The notes under the pieces were generated by a model that saw only the letters and a program-made list of their open reading frames with translations, was not told the DNA's origin and did no database searches. Of a stretch of DNA of 64,000 nucleotides, positions 28,874-40,055 are shown one piece after another. Each line of letters starts with the position of its first letter. The first letter of the stretch is position 1. This stretch comes from Candidatus Neptunichlamydia sp. (lineage in GTDB: Bacteria > Chlamydiota > Chlamydiia > Chlamydiales > Simkaniaceae): assembly GCA_965233865.1 (NCBI GenBank), contig OZ247587.1:544001-608000 (forward strand), written 5' to 3'. Made by a program: the position numbers and the translations under genes.

Positions 28874-30640
28874 TTATTTGAGTATCAGTTCTTTTATCTT
28901 AGGTTCAACCCAACGATCATGGTCTTTTATGAGCTGAATCAATCGAGCAACGGCTCCGGAGTAGTGAATCCCCCGCTCAACGCATGTTTTACCAACATAA
29001 AGGTCTATCTTCTCTCGCCCAGAACCAACATAACCAAAATCCGCATCAGCCATTTCTCCAGGACCGTTGACGATGCATCCCATGATAGCAATTTTAACGC
29101 CGGGAAGATGCTCTGTCTGAGCACGGATTTTTTTTGTGACCTCTTGCAGGTCAAATAAGGTCCTTCCACAGCTTGGGCATGCAATAAATTCGGTTTTTGT
29201 CGCTCTCATTCGGCATCCTTGAAGGATATTAAATGAGAGTGAAGCTGCTTTTTCTGGACTGAGTTTAGTTTTGAGAAGGAGTCCTTCCCCAAGTCCATCC
29301 TCAAGGAGAGCTCCAATCTCTGCCGAAGCGTGAATCACTGTATCTTCCTCTGAAAGAGGGTAGTTGCCAACAAGAATAACTGGAAGATCAAGCTTCGCTT
29401 CCTGGATCCATTCAAAAAAATAGCGTCCTTGATGAAGAATCGATTCGGTAAGCTCTAGCATAATGAACTCTGCACTCTTTTCAAGCAGCTTCGACCAGGT
29501 TGTAGGATCACCGTCTTTAACATAAACGACAGCTTTCTCTCCATCAAGATCGTTTATCGAAACAACTGGAAGAATCTCATCTTCATAAAAAACTCCCTCT
29601 CCGTTGAAAAATGCATCAACATTGATTTGATCGTCTTTTTTTCCCCACAGAATAACAGAACCATCACGATGAAGAGGAGCAACATGGCGCGTATAACGCC
29701 TTTTAATTTCGCGGATATCTCGCTTAGTTTCGATAAAAGGAATTGTCCCTTTCCCATGATAACTATTTGAAAAATCGATCAGTCGCTTGCATGGGTCAAT
29801 CTCAAGCCATGGGTCTTCTGTAAGGGAAACACGAATAGTATCCCCAATTCCTTCTAGAAGTAAAGAACCGGTTCCAATAGCAGACTTAACACGACCAGAT
29901 TCTCCATTACCAGCTTCGGTCACTCCCAAATGCAAGGGGTAATCCCACCCCAGCTTCATCATTTCGGCCACCAAAAGACGATAGGATTGAATCATCACAA
30001 GAGGATTGCTTGCTTTCATTGAGAACATAAAATCATGGTAGTTATAGTCACGGCAAACACGGGCAAATTCAAGGGCTGACTCGACCATTCCAAAGGGAGA
30101 ATCTCCATAACGATTCATAATCCGATCCGATAAAGAACCATGATTCGTTCCAATCCGTATTGCTTTTTTGAGCTTCTTGCATTTTTCGACTAAAGAACCA
30201 AATATTTCCCGAATTCTATCGAGCTCAGCAGCATAGCTCTTGTCGTCATAATCAATTGTTTTGAACGTCGCACGCTTGTCAACAAAGTTGCCAGGGTTCA
30301 CCCGAACCTTATCGACAAATTCTGCAACAAGCATCGCAGCCGGAGGGTAAAAGTGAATATCTGCAACAATAGGAATGGTGTATCCTTTTTGGATAAGGGT
30401 ACTTTTAATTCCCTCACATGCTTCAGCTTCTTTCTTTCCTTGAACAGTAACTCGAGCAATCTCGCACCCACTATCAGCAAGGCGGATAATCTGATCAACA
30501 GTAGCGTCTATATTGCTGGTATTAGAGTTCGTCATTGACTGAATGCGAATGGGGTGGTCTCCCCCTACGCCAACGCTACCGATCATGACCTCCCGAGTTC
30601 TGCGCCGTTTAGTCTGATACACTGATTCTAAGTATTTCAT
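28874..30640 (-). CDS. ispG: HMBPP synthase (long chlamydial/plastid type)
   Basis: IRIQSMT, VADIHF, IGTNHGSLSDR, HLGVTEAG, CPSCGR, MGCIVNGPGE. Confidence 0.96.
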   Translation of the reverse strand: MKYLESVYQTKRRRTREVMIGSVGVGGDHPIRIQSMTNSNTSNIDATVDQIIRLADSGCEIARVTVQGKKEAEACEGIKSTLIQKGYTIPIVADIHFYPPAAMLVAEFVDKVRVNPGNFVDKRATFKTIDYDDKSYAAELDRIREIFGSLVEKCKKLKKAIRIGTNHGSLSDRIMNRYGDSPFGMVESALEFARVCRDYNYHDFMFSMKASNPLVMIQSYRLLVAEMMKLGWDYPLHLGVTEAGNGESGRVKSAIGTGSLLLEGIGDTIRVSLTEDPWLEIDPCKRLIDFSNSYHGKGTIPFIETKRDIREIKRRYTRHVAPLHRDGSVILWGKKDDQINVDAFFNGEGVFYEDEILPVVSINDLDGEKAVVYVKDGDPTTWSKLLEKSAEFIMLELTESILHQGRYFFEWIQEAKLDLPVILVGNYPLSEEDTVIHASAEIGALLEDGLGEGLLLKTKLSPEKAASLSFNILQGCRMRATKTEFIACPSCGRTLFDLQEVTKKIRAQTEHLPGVKIAIMGCIVNGPGEMADADFGYVGSGREKIDLYVGKTCVERGIHYSGAVARLIQLIKDHDRWVEPKIKELILK

Positions 30641-31020
30641 GGATCATAGGATACTCCACAAAAGAGGCAATCGTCAAGGAGCTAATTCAAAATTTCATCC
30701 CTATATAATAAATATCTCAAACTCAAGAAACTTTCTGATTCTTGCAGAGCAAGATAAACTGCTTCTCTATTTGAACAAACTTCTCTTCTCCTCGTTTTTA
30801 CTGAAAAGAGGGAATATGATTTAGGTTAAGAAATTAGTGGAATAGTTTCATTATATTCTCGTATTTTTTTTAAAAAGTTATTAAATTATAAAAATGATTT
30901 CAAGAATTAAAGTTTTTATTAAACTCATGACTCTCAAGGGTTTTATTTTGAAAAATGATTGCCTTAATTTCTTATTTTAATTTATAAAGACCTGCTAAGC
31001 AGAACATTTTTTGAGGTGAC

Positions 31021-32094
31021 ATGGCTAAACGCTCCTTACTCGCACTTACCCTTCTCCCCATTGCATTAATGGCAAAACCTTCAGGACCAGATGTTATCCA
31101 GGGCGATGCAATTTTTGTACATCCAGCGAAACACACAATGCAAATTGTAACGGGAGACCAAACAATCATCAATTGGGATGAGTTTTCAATTGATTCCGGT
31201 GAAACAACCCGGTTTATTCAACCGAATCATTCTTCGGCTGTCCTCAATCGAGTCGTTTCAGGAGCCGAAAGTCACATTATGGGCTCTCTTTTTGCTAATG
31301 GAAAGGTCTTTCTTGTAAACCCCAATGGCATCCTTATTGGCCCTGATGCAACAATCGACACCCATGGATTCATTGCCTCAACTCTCGATGTTTTAGATAG
31401 CGAGTTTATGAAAGGAAGAGACCTTCGCTTCCTTGGTAATTCCGAAGGAAAAGTCGTAAATCTCGGGAAAATTCGAGCCTGGGACGGAGACATTGCCCTG
31501 ATTGGGAGGTTTGTCGAAAACCAAGGGTTACTTCAAGCACCAAAAGGAATAGCAGCTCTTGCCGTTGGAAAAGAAGTCTTATTGAAACCGAGCGATGAGG
31601 AGCGTGTGTTTATTTGTGCTTTGAGCCAAAATTCTAGCAAGAAAGGAACAGGTATTTTCAACAGTGGTGAAATCGAGGCATTAAAAGTACGTCTCCTTGC
31701 TGACGGAAACCCTTATAAGCTAGCCATTAATCATGAAGGCAAGATTGATGCGACTAAAACAGAAGAAAGGCATGGAGAAATCTATCTTGTTGCAGAAAAT
31801 GGAACGGTAGAAGTCAATGGAGAAATTTGCGTTGCAAAGGGTGATATCAGGGTCCTTATCAGTGAAATGCTTACGGACCTTCACCCCTATGATGAATACT
31901 TAGGATGGCTGCTAGAATTCCAAACAGCTTATGCTGCTTTAGAATCTACGAAAATAGATGAGAAGGTAACTTCTAGTTTTCAAGTTATCCCAGACCAGCT
32001 ACACTACCTTCGCATAAAGAAGAACTTTGATCACAATCAAAGAATTACCCATTTTGTCACGTTCCCCAAAACGCTTAATACAGGAAAAGAATGA
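31021..32094 (+). CDS. Filamentous haemagglutinin N-terminal (TPS) domain protein, TpsA-like, short
   Basis: Signal peptide, IINWDEFSI, AVLNRV, ANGKVFLVNPNGILIG. Confidence 0.88.
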   Translation: MAKRSLLALTLLPIALMAKPSGPDVIQGDAIFVHPAKHTMQIVTGDQTIINWDEFSIDSGETTRFIQPNHSSAVLNRVVSGAESHIMGSLFANGKVFLVNPNGILIGPDATIDTHGFIASTLDVLDSEFMKGRDLRFLGNSEGKVVNLGKIRAWDGDIALIGRFVENQGLLQAPKGIAALAVGKEVLLKPSDEERVFICALSQNSSKKGTGIFNSGEIEALKVRLLADGNPYKLAINHEGKIDATKTEERHGEIYLVAENGTVEVNGEICVAKGDIRVLISEMLTDLHPYDEYLGWLLEFQTAYAALESTKIDEKVTSSFQVIPDQLHYLRIKKNFDHNQRITHFVTFPKTLNTGKE

Positions 32095-33812
32095 ACTCCC
32101 GTTTTTTGATTAGTGCCGCACTCTTATCTATTTCTCTATTTGGAGTTGACTTTGACCGCGTTAAACCCCAGGAGCTGACCCAGTTTAAAGGTGAGCGGGT
32201 CGCGACATATACTCTTGAAGGAATGAGTCCTCAAGTCTCAAATGGAGACCAGGTCGTTATTCCCAAGTTAAAGGGGATCATCGTAACCGACACCCACGAC
32301 CAAGCCTCTGATGAAGAAATCATGAGAGCTGTTGGTGGAGCTGAAACAATTAACATTCAAGTCCCAGGAACAATCAAAAGCTTCAATTCTATGCTAAAAA
32401 AGGAGTTCCTGGACAGCCCCTTAACAAAGCAAGGAATGTTGGATCTTAAGCGAGAAGTTCTTCTCTATTACCGTCGATGGAGACGCCCCGTTGTAACTAT
32501 TGAGATTCCTGAACAAAAAGTTACTGCTGGCGTTTTGCAATTAGTGATCATCGAAGGAAAACTTGGAAAAGTCGCCACAGAAGAGAATAAGTACTTTAAG
32601 AGTAGTACTCTTGAAGGTTATATTCGCTTGGAAGAAGGTCAGGCTATTGACTCTAATACATTGATTACTGATCTTGACTGGATCAATCGCAATCCCTTTC
32701 GTCAAGTTGATGTGATTTATGCTCCTGGAGAAATTGCTGGAACGACTGATATCCGCCTTTTGACATTGGATCATCGTCCATGGCGGTCCTATGCAGGTGT
32801 TGACAACACAGGATTTGATGAAACCGAAAATACACGTCTATTTACGGGCGCAAATTGGGGAAATGTTTTTGGAACCGATCAAATTCTTTCCCTTCAGTTT
32901 ACTTGTGCCCCTAATGTTGATCGCTACTGGGCGATTACAGGACACTACACAATCCCCCTCCCTTGGAGAGATATCTGGGTCTTTTATGGAGGATACTCTC
33001 ATGTTCATGCCAATATGGATACTCCAAAATTTGATAACTCAGGCTATGCCGCTCAGGCAAGTACGCGATACAACTTTATTCTCCCTAATGCTCCAGGATT
33101 TCTGCAAGACCTTACCCTTGGATTTGACTACAAGCGAACCGACAACAACTTAGAATTTGGTGGCGAGCATATCTTTAAACACAGCGTGAATCTCACGCAA
33201 CTTGTTTTTGGTTATAATACAGCTTTTGATAGTGACTACTTCAAAACATCCATGACTCTAGAAGTTTTTTATTCTCCAGGTGACTGGATTCCTGAGCAAA
33301 GCAACTCTGATTACAGACGGGTCCGATACAAAGCCAAAAGTCATTACATCTACTACCGTCTTGCCTTTGCTCCTATTATTCGTCTGCCTAAGGATTTTTC
33401 TTTTGCCCTAACAATTCGCGGTCAAGGAACCAATCAGAATCTTCTTGCTAGCGAGCAGTATGGCCTAGGTGGGTACAATACAGTGCGAGGATATAAAGAA
33501 CACGCTGTGAACGTCGATAATGCCTTTCTTTCCTCAATAGAGCTCCGCTCCCCTTCTATAAACTTGATTGGAAGACGCCACTTTAAGGATATGGTTCAGT
33601 TTTTAATCTTTTTAGACTATGCAATTGGGCATAACGTCCATACTTTTCCTGAAGATCCCAATCCAGAATATCTATTAGGATTTGGCCCTGGTGTCCGCTA
33701 TGAGGTTACCCCCTATTTGAACTTCCGCGGCGATCTCGGTTTTCAACTAAAAAGCGTTGATAAAGATGGTTCTGGATTCCGCTTCCACTTTGCCCTAGTT
33801 GGTAGTTTCTAG
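32091..33812 (+). CDS. ShlB/FhaC/HecB TpsB outer membrane transporter
   Basis: POTRA-like IPEQ...GVLQLVIIEG, VDNTG, LGGYNTVRGY, terminal Phe. Confidence 0.92.
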   Translation: MNSRFLISAALLSISLFGVDFDRVKPQELTQFKGERVATYTLEGMSPQVSNGDQVVIPKLKGIIVTDTHDQASDEEIMRAVGGAETINIQVPGTIKSFNSMLKKEFLDSPLTKQGMLDLKREVLLYYRRWRRPVVTIEIPEQKVTAGVLQLVIIEGKLGKVATEENKYFKSSTLEGYIRLEEGQAIDSNTLITDLDWINRNPFRQVDVIYAPGEIAGTTDIRLLTLDHRPWRSYAGVDNTGFDETENTRLFTGANWGNVFGTDQILSLQFTCAPNVDRYWAITGHYTIPLPWRDIWVFYGGYSHVHANMDTPKFDNSGYAAQASTRYNFILPNAPGFLQDLTLGFDYKRTDNNLEFGGEHIFKHSVNLTQLVFGYNTAFDSDYFKTSMTLEVFYSPGDWIPEQSNSDYRRVRYKAKSHYIYYRLAFAPIIRLPKDFSFALTIRGQGTNQNLLASEQYGLGGYNTVRGYKEHAVNVDNAFLSSIELRSPSINLIGRRHFKDMVQFLIFLDYAIGHNVHTFPEDPNPEYLLGFGPGVRYEVTPYLNFRGDLGFQLKSVDKDGSGFRFHFALVGSF

Positions 33813-33829
33813 AGTACTAAGCAGAGTAT

Positions 33830-34174
33830 CTAACCTTCGTGAGAAATGAATTCGGTTTCAATTTTGGCAGCAAGAATAAAGTCGCTTTCGCTTAGACCAT
33901 CAATTTTATGGGTCCAGATTTGAAGAGTCACCTCCGCCCATGAAAGAAAGATATTGGGATGATGCCCCTCTTCCTCAGCAAGAATCCCAATAATATTCGT
34001 AAAAGCAAGAGCCTCTTTGAAATTTTTGAAAGTATAGGTCTTTTCAAGCTGATGCTCACCAACGATTGACCATCCTTCAAAAAGTTGTTCAGCAAAAGGT
34101 TTGAGTAGGCCTCCTTTAAGCGGTACCGCGCCAACAACGCAAGGTGTACATTTTCTGAGCGCAAGATCTTTCAT
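33830..34174 (-). CDS. Pterin-4a-carbinolamine dehydratase
   Basis: AEEEGHHP, WTHKIDGLSESDFILAAK. Confidence 0.93.
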   Translation of the reverse strand: MKDLALRKCTPCVVGAVPLKGGLLKPFAEQLFEGWSIVGEHQLEKTYTFKNFKEALAFTNIIGILAEEEGHHPNIFLSWAEVTLQIWTHKIDGLSESDFILAAKIETEFISHEG

Positions 34175-34848
34175 AAGTCTCCCTTAATGGTTTGAAGGTA
34201 AGCCTCCGTTTCTCCCCACGGAAATGAGACAGGGAAGGATTTTCCAATACGAAAAGCATTTTCGTCGTAGTCTGTGAGAGGATAGCTAATGCTAATAATT
34301 TTTGTCCCTTTTGGGAAGGCCTTTAAACGATCGACAAGAGATGTGATTTCTTGGTCTTTTAGGCATGTTCCGTAAAGGTAAATGATGGAAGCTTCTGGTA
34401 TGTTTGCTTGAAGCATATCGGCGCAGATAAAAGAGACTTTTTCAAGTTGGTGCTTTTGTGCTATGTACTTCGAAAGTTTTACAAACTGAGGGATCCGTTC
34501 AATTCCAATCACTGCGCAGTGGAAAAAATGATAGAGAAATAGGGCTCCTCTCCCTCGTCCAGACCCTAGCTCAAGAAAGGTGTCTGTTTCTTTTAACTCA
34601 CACTCTTTCACGATTTTTTCATATGTTTTAAGAGGGGTTTCTCCATAGGTATGAATTTCCCTATCATGATGCTTCCTGAGATAATTCTTGCTGATTGTAT
34701 AGGGATTCTTGAAAATATAAGCAGTGAGAAGCGCTTTATCAATTTTAGCAAATTCTGAATCGAGGTAATACTCCTCCTTCACCCCTTTCTGAAGCTTCCG
34801 ATCTATCCAGGCATATTTGATTGCGTCAAGTAGTCGTCTCATCCCCAC
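34171..34848 (-). CDS. Class I SAM-dependent methyltransferase (DOT1-like YGE motif)
   Basis: TYGETP...FLELGSGRGR...GIE; C-terminal FPWG. Confidence 0.8.
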   Translation of the reverse strand: MGMRRLLDAIKYAWIDRKLQKGVKEEYYLDSEFAKIDKALLTAYIFKNPYTISKNYLRKHHDREIHTYGETPLKTYEKIVKECELKETDTFLELGSGRGRGALFLYHFFHCAVIGIERIPQFVKLSKYIAQKHQLEKVSFICADMLQANIPEASIIYLYGTCLKDQEITSLVDRLKAFPKGTKIISISYPLTDYDENAFRIGKSFPVSFPWGETEAYLQTIKGDL

Positions 34849-35142
34849 ACATTAACACCATTTTGATATATGAACCTATCCCTATAATGAATTTTTGGTG
34901 TTTTTTCTCTTTTCAGCTGATTTTTCCTCTTAATTTATCGACCTTGTCTATTGACAATTCCTTCAAATAAAAAGAAAAAATCTGTAAGAAGATCCATAAA
35001 AATTCCAATAAATTGACTCTTAGTATAAGACATTTTTTAACAGGTCTCAAATTTTCCATTAATAATATGTCCTCTAGGGCGCAAGAACCAACACCTAGTC
35101 GAATAGGTTTTCCTTTTATGAAATGAAGTATTATCTAGGATA

Positions 35143-37099
35143 CTCAGTACAGGACAAAAAAATCAAGGTAAAGTAACCCGTTGATATGCAACACTTCCAT
35201 TGAAAAAATGAGGTTGTAATATGCATATCAATTAGCTGTTCAAGACCTTAAATCAGTACTGCAATTTTCACAAGTCCCGATCGGACTGTTTTGCTCAGCT
35301 TGTAATAGTGATGATTACCGTTAAAACTGTCAATGTCACACACCTTGCAGCAGCATTTATGACAGAGTCTTTTCCTGAGTCATGCTACAAGCGCATCCAG
35401 AGGTTCTTTCGATTTCTTAAATTTGATCTTTTTACTGTAGCCTCTATGGTGATCACGCTTTTTGGTTTGAAAAACAAAAAGCTGAGTTTAGCCCTAGATA
35501 GTGTAGTCACGAGATTTCTACCCATAAAGCCAAACATCTGATCTGAACCGCAGCCAAGAAAGAGGATGTGTGCTTAGCATAGCGTGTAGCAATTCCTCTC
35601 CATCGCTTCAAATGCAAAAAAGCATTTTCTACAAGATGTCTCAATTTATAGAGATGCTTATCATAAGTTCTCTTGCTTTTCTTATTTTTTCTGGGAGGGA
35701 TAACCGCCTTTATTCTTTGAGAGATCGCTTGAGTTACGATTGCATCGCTGTCATAACCCCGATCTGCTAGTAGGTAATCGGCGTTAATTCCCTCTATTTA
35801 AGTGTTTGGCCTGAAGGTAGTCTGATTGAGTACCTGACGTAATAATCGCTCTGACCGGCATACCATGCGAATCCACGGCCAAACGTAATTTCGTGTTGAA
35901 CCCCCTTTTGTTCGAGCCATATCTTGATTACTAACTTGTGCACCTGCTGCGTGAGGGTGAACTTTGATATGGGTTGCATCGATCATTAACCACTCGTAAT
36001 CAGGATCGTCCACTACTTTTTCCAGAAGAAGTTCCCATAGTCTGGAGGTAAGTCACTCCATGGAGCTCCGGTACGAATAATCCAAAAAACCGCGTTGATA
36101 AATCGCCGATTATCTTGTGCTACCCCTCCCCACACCCCTCTTCTTCCTAGAAGATAAGGCTCAAGTTTTTTCCAAATTCGATCTGAAATATCGTGACGTC
36201 TGTGCGCTGGTACGATCATCTCTAAACCTCTCCTTGAAAGTTTAAGAAACCAGCTTATCGCAAATTTAAACTTGTGTCTACACTATATAGATCGTACAAA
36301 TTGGAAATTTGGAAAATTAGACATCAATATTCTCATGCTAACGGTAGCCTATAAAGGGATTGCTCTGCTGTTGATGTGGAGTTGCTTCAAAAAAAGAGGC
36401 AACTCCAATACCTTGGAGCGGGTCGGTTTGATCAAACAGATTCTTCTCCTTATTGGTTCTGAGAATGTTGCCAACCTGCTTGGAGATCGAGAGTTTATTG
36501 GCATGGAGTGCATCAAGTAGTTGGGTGAGCAGAATATCCCCTTTCTTTTCCGTATTCGCAACAATAGTTTGCTTGAAGGGGTTTTGCCAGTAAGCGAATT
36601 TTTTAAGAGGCTGCCACCTCATAAAAAAGTCAAAAATGGAAAAACTACTCTATGGGGAAGACCTGTTTATCTGAGCGTAAGATGGTCGTATAAAAAAAAT
36701 GAACTTGTCACGATTATCTCCAGTCGAAAGTTTCAAAGTCCCTTCAAACTCTATAGAAAAAGGTGGGAAATAGAAACACTTTTCGGGTGCTTAAAAAAAA
36801 GAGGATTCTGCTTCGAAGATACGCACCTTATACATATCGCTCGGATAGAGACGCTGATTTGTGTTTTGACAATAGCTTTTTGCTGGAGTCACTTTGTGGG
36901 CGAAGCAAAAGAAGAGAAAGCCCCGATCGAAATAAAATCTCATGGAAGAAAGGCAAAAAGCATTTTTAGATATGGGTTTGATGAGCTTCGAAGGGTGTTT
37001 TTGAACTGAAGGGGGAAATTCGGACTATTCTTAAAATGGCTTAAGCTACTGGTTATTAATGATAAATTTGAGGTCTCTTAAAAAATGCCCTGTACTCAG
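35143..37099 (+). mobile_element. IS4-family element with pseudogenised transposase, interrupted by an IS5
   Basis: IRs ctcagtacaggaca / tgccctgtactcag; 10-bp target duplication atctaggata (35133-35142, 37100-37109); transposase pieces ALD|RTNWKFG, GDREFIG, YRKRWEIETLFGCLK. Confidence 0.9.
35498..36287 (-). mobile_element. IS5-family (IS427-like) element, degenerate, nested in the IS4
   Basis: IRs atagtgtagtcacgag / cttgtgtctacactat; TA(G) duplication; fragments WIIRTGAPWSDLP and MIDATHIKVHPHAAG. Confidence 0.88.
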
Positions 37100-37310
37100 A
37101 TCTAGGATAAGGATCTTCTTAGATGGGAGTTTTGGCAATAAGTTTTCCTAAATCCAACATGACTACCAAAGCAACGCTGTCCTGTTGCCGCTCTCATCAA
37201 TATAGATAATGCGCCTTCCTAAAGATTCATATCTTACTATCTTTTCTCAGAAGAGTTACCTTTTTTCGCAGGCCTTAGGATGATTGAATGTTTTTTATAG
37301 ATGGTTCATC

Positions 37311-38300
37311 TTACCAGTTGATGGTTTGCCCAGGCTCAAGTACCCGAAAACTTTTTGGATCAACCCCTTCCTTTTTTAAAGCACAAAAAAGATCATAGGG
37401 GGGTTGTTCAAGTCCCTCACTAGAAAGGCGGAAGGTTTTCCAGTGCATTCCCACACTAAGCAAGGACCCCACTTCATCATGAATCTTAACGGCTTTCTTC
37501 GGACAAATATGGACTGGTCCCATAAATTCCCCAGGATCATAGGTTCCTATAGGAATTAGACTGAGATCCATTTCTCTAAATTCCTTTCCAATATTCTTAA
37601 AATCTTTTCGGTTATACCCCGTATCCCCGACGAAATATAGCCGCTTTTCTTGGTTTTTTTTCTGCAGAAAATCAACGACATATCCCGCCCAAAGAGTTTT
37701 ATTTTTATCAAAGAGCCCCCTTCCTGAATAGTGTTGCGAGGGCACTGAGGTGATGATGATCTCCTGTCCTTTGATCCCAATATGAGTTTCCTCCCACCAT
37801 TGCATTTCAACGATGTGTTGCATTCCAAGTTTCTGAAGTCTCTTCTTCACTCCAAGAGGAACAATCCATGTAATTCCAGGGCTTTTTTTTTGAAGTTTTA
37901 GAACCGTTTCACGGCATAGATGGTCATAGTGATCATGACTAATCAAAACAATATCAATTTCCGGTAGGTTTTCCAGGGCCAATGGAGCTATGTGCCTGCG
38001 TTTTGGCCCCAGAAATGATAATGGCGAACACCGATCCTCCCAAATGGGATCGGTTAAAAGATGTAACCTTCCAACATTCACGAGGAATGTACAATGGTTG
38101 ATCCAAGTAACTTTAGGAGCATTTTCTTTGAGTTTTTGTTTAGAATTTGGATATTTAAAATTGTTAGGCCGCGGCTTTCGTTCTTTTTTTTCGTTGTAAA
38201 AGCCCAGCTGCCACAAAGCTATATCTATAAGTGACCGTTTTGTTGAATCAATGTGAGGGTTGACAAAGCGTCGCCCCTTCTTATGATATCCCTTCTTCAT
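37311..38300 (-). CDS. MBL-fold hydrolase (NAPE-PLD-like)
   Basis: LTDPIW, SHDHYDH, PSQHYSGR, GDTGY, PIGTY, MHWKTF. Confidence 0.9.
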   Translation of the reverse strand: MKKGYHKKGRRFVNPHIDSTKRSLIDIALWQLGFYNEKKERKPRPNNFKYPNSKQKLKENAPKVTWINHCTFLVNVGRLHLLTDPIWEDRCSPLSFLGPKRRHIAPLALENLPEIDIVLISHDHYDHLCRETVLKLQKKSPGITWIVPLGVKKRLQKLGMQHIVEMQWWEETHIGIKGQEIIITSVPSQHYSGRGLFDKNKTLWAGYVVDFLQKKNQEKRLYFVGDTGYNRKDFKNIGKEFREMDLSLIPIGTYDPGEFMGPVHICPKKAVKIHDEVGSLLSVGMHWKTFRLSSEGLEQPPYDLFCALKKEGVDPKSFRVLEPGQTINW

Positions 38301-38385
38301 ATTAACTCCCCCCGAGACTTTCTTTTAACCGAAGGTAGAAATATTCAGAAAGGGTTTTCGGAAAAAAAATTTAAGAAATTTAATA

Positions 38386-39966
38386 TCAGGTGAGTAAAGA
38401 TTTAGGAATTTGATCTGTAATTACAGAATCCCCATCAAACTGAATGGGACCGGGATACGCATAATGATCTTCAACCATCCACTTGATCCGATTTCTGCTA
38501 AAGGTTTTAAAAGCAGAGCCTGAAAGATCAAGCAGAGCTTTACGAATCACAGGTTTATCTTGCCCCTTCCTCTTCTCTAGATTCATGAGCGCTGTAATCG
38601 GGATTCCACAGATATCCCACTCGGCAGCAGGTTTGGTAAGATGCCTAACGCAGCTCATATAGCCGGTATGGCCATCCCTTATGAGCAGTGCTGCGATATG
38701 CCCAAGAGAATAACAATAGGTAGCATCAAAGTTTGTTGGAAGCCCTGAGCGCCCCTCATATCCAAAGAAATGGTGAATCGGGCTGAATTTACCTTTATAA
38801 GAAGGTCGATTCTTTAGCTCTTCTTTAACCGCTCGGCTAAAGAGAAGATCGGTTTGAATGTGAGAGACTTGAACATTCCCATGAGGGTCGCGGTCTAGAA
38901 GTAGCTGCTGCGCAATCTCTTTCGGTAAAAATTCAAAAGTCGCTTTAGCCTTAGCGCTTAGAGCACCCTCATCTTTTCCTTCTGCTAGAAGGGTATTGAG
39001 CTCACTAATTAAGGTCTTCATTTCCGGGATGAATTCAATAAGTCCTTCAGGAATAAGGATCAATCCGTAGTTCTTTCCACTGTTTCCCCTCTTTTGAATC
39101 ACATCAGCGATCTCTGATGTTACAGCCTTTAGGGTCATTTTCTTTTCTGCTATTTCTTCTCCTATCAGACAAATATTGGGATGAGTATTCAGCGCACATT
39201 CCAAAGCAATATGTGAAGCAGAACGGCCCATCAACTTAATAAAATGGGTATACTTTTTTGCAGATAGCACATCGCGTGCAATGTTGCCTACCATCTCAGA
39301 GTAAATCGCCGTTGCCGTATGAAATCCAAAAGAAATATCAACAAGGTCATTCTTCAAATCTCCATCAATCGTCTTGGGAACACCTATCACCTTGGTTCTG
39401 CACCCTTTGGCCAGACAGGTCTCAGCGAGTACTGCTACATTGGTATTGGAATCATCCCCTCCAATAACGACCAATCCATCGAGTTGAAGTTTATTGAGTA
39501 CCACAAGTGATTTCTCGAGTTGCTCCTCAGTTTCAATTTTGGTTCGGCCTGATCCAATAAGATCAAAACCTCCTTGATTTCGATACTGCCCCAATAGGTC
39601 TTCAGAAAGCTCGCGAATTTTGCCTTCAATTATCCCAGAAGGACCATTTAGAAAACCCACTAAATGAGACTCAGGGTGAAATGTTTTGAGAGCATCAAAG
39701 AGACCCGTAATCACATTATGCCCTCCAGCAGCCTGACCTCCAGAAAAAACAACTCCAACTTTAAGCGGTTTTCCAAGAAGAGCCTCTCCCTTTATAGGGG
39801 TCAATAATGGGCGTCCGTAACTTTTTGGGAAAAGGACTTCGATCTCCTTCTCATTCGCAATACAAGTTGTTTCCCCTTGTCCTTTGAAGGTAACAACGCA
39901 CAGGTCTTTCAATATCTTTGGAAGGGTAGGTTGGTAGAAGAGTCGATGTTTTTGTAATGGCGTCAT
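38386..39966 (-). CDS. pfp: Pyrophosphate-dependent 6-phosphofructokinase
   Basis: SGGQAAGGHNV, GGDDSNT, PKTIDGD, MGRSASH, FGYEGR. Confidence 0.93.
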   Translation of the reverse strand: MTPLQKHRLFYQPTLPKILKDLCVVTFKGQGETTCIANEKEIEVLFPKSYGRPLLTPIKGEALLGKPLKVGVVFSGGQAAGGHNVITGLFDALKTFHPESHLVGFLNGPSGIIEGKIRELSEDLLGQYRNQGGFDLIGSGRTKIETEEQLEKSLVVLNKLQLDGLVVIGGDDSNTNVAVLAETCLAKGCRTKVIGVPKTIDGDLKNDLVDISFGFHTATAIYSEMVGNIARDVLSAKKYTHFIKLMGRSASHIALECALNTHPNICLIGEEIAEKKMTLKAVTSEIADVIQKRGNSGKNYGLILIPEGLIEFIPEMKTLISELNTLLAEGKDEGALSAKAKATFEFLPKEIAQQLLLDRDPHGNVQVSHIQTDLLFSRAVKEELKNRPSYKGKFSPIHHFFGYEGRSGLPTNFDATYCYSLGHIAALLIRDGHTGYMSCVRHLTKPAAEWDICGIPITALMNLEKRKGQDKPVIRKALLDLSGSAFKTFSRNRIKWMVEDHYAYPGPIQFDGDSVITDQIPKSLLT

Positions 39967-40055
39967 ACACAAAAGATTAGTGAATTCAATAAATGGTTGC
40001 AAGGATTGATTTGGCTTTAAACTAACCAAAAACCTTAGTAACCTGAGTTTTGAGT

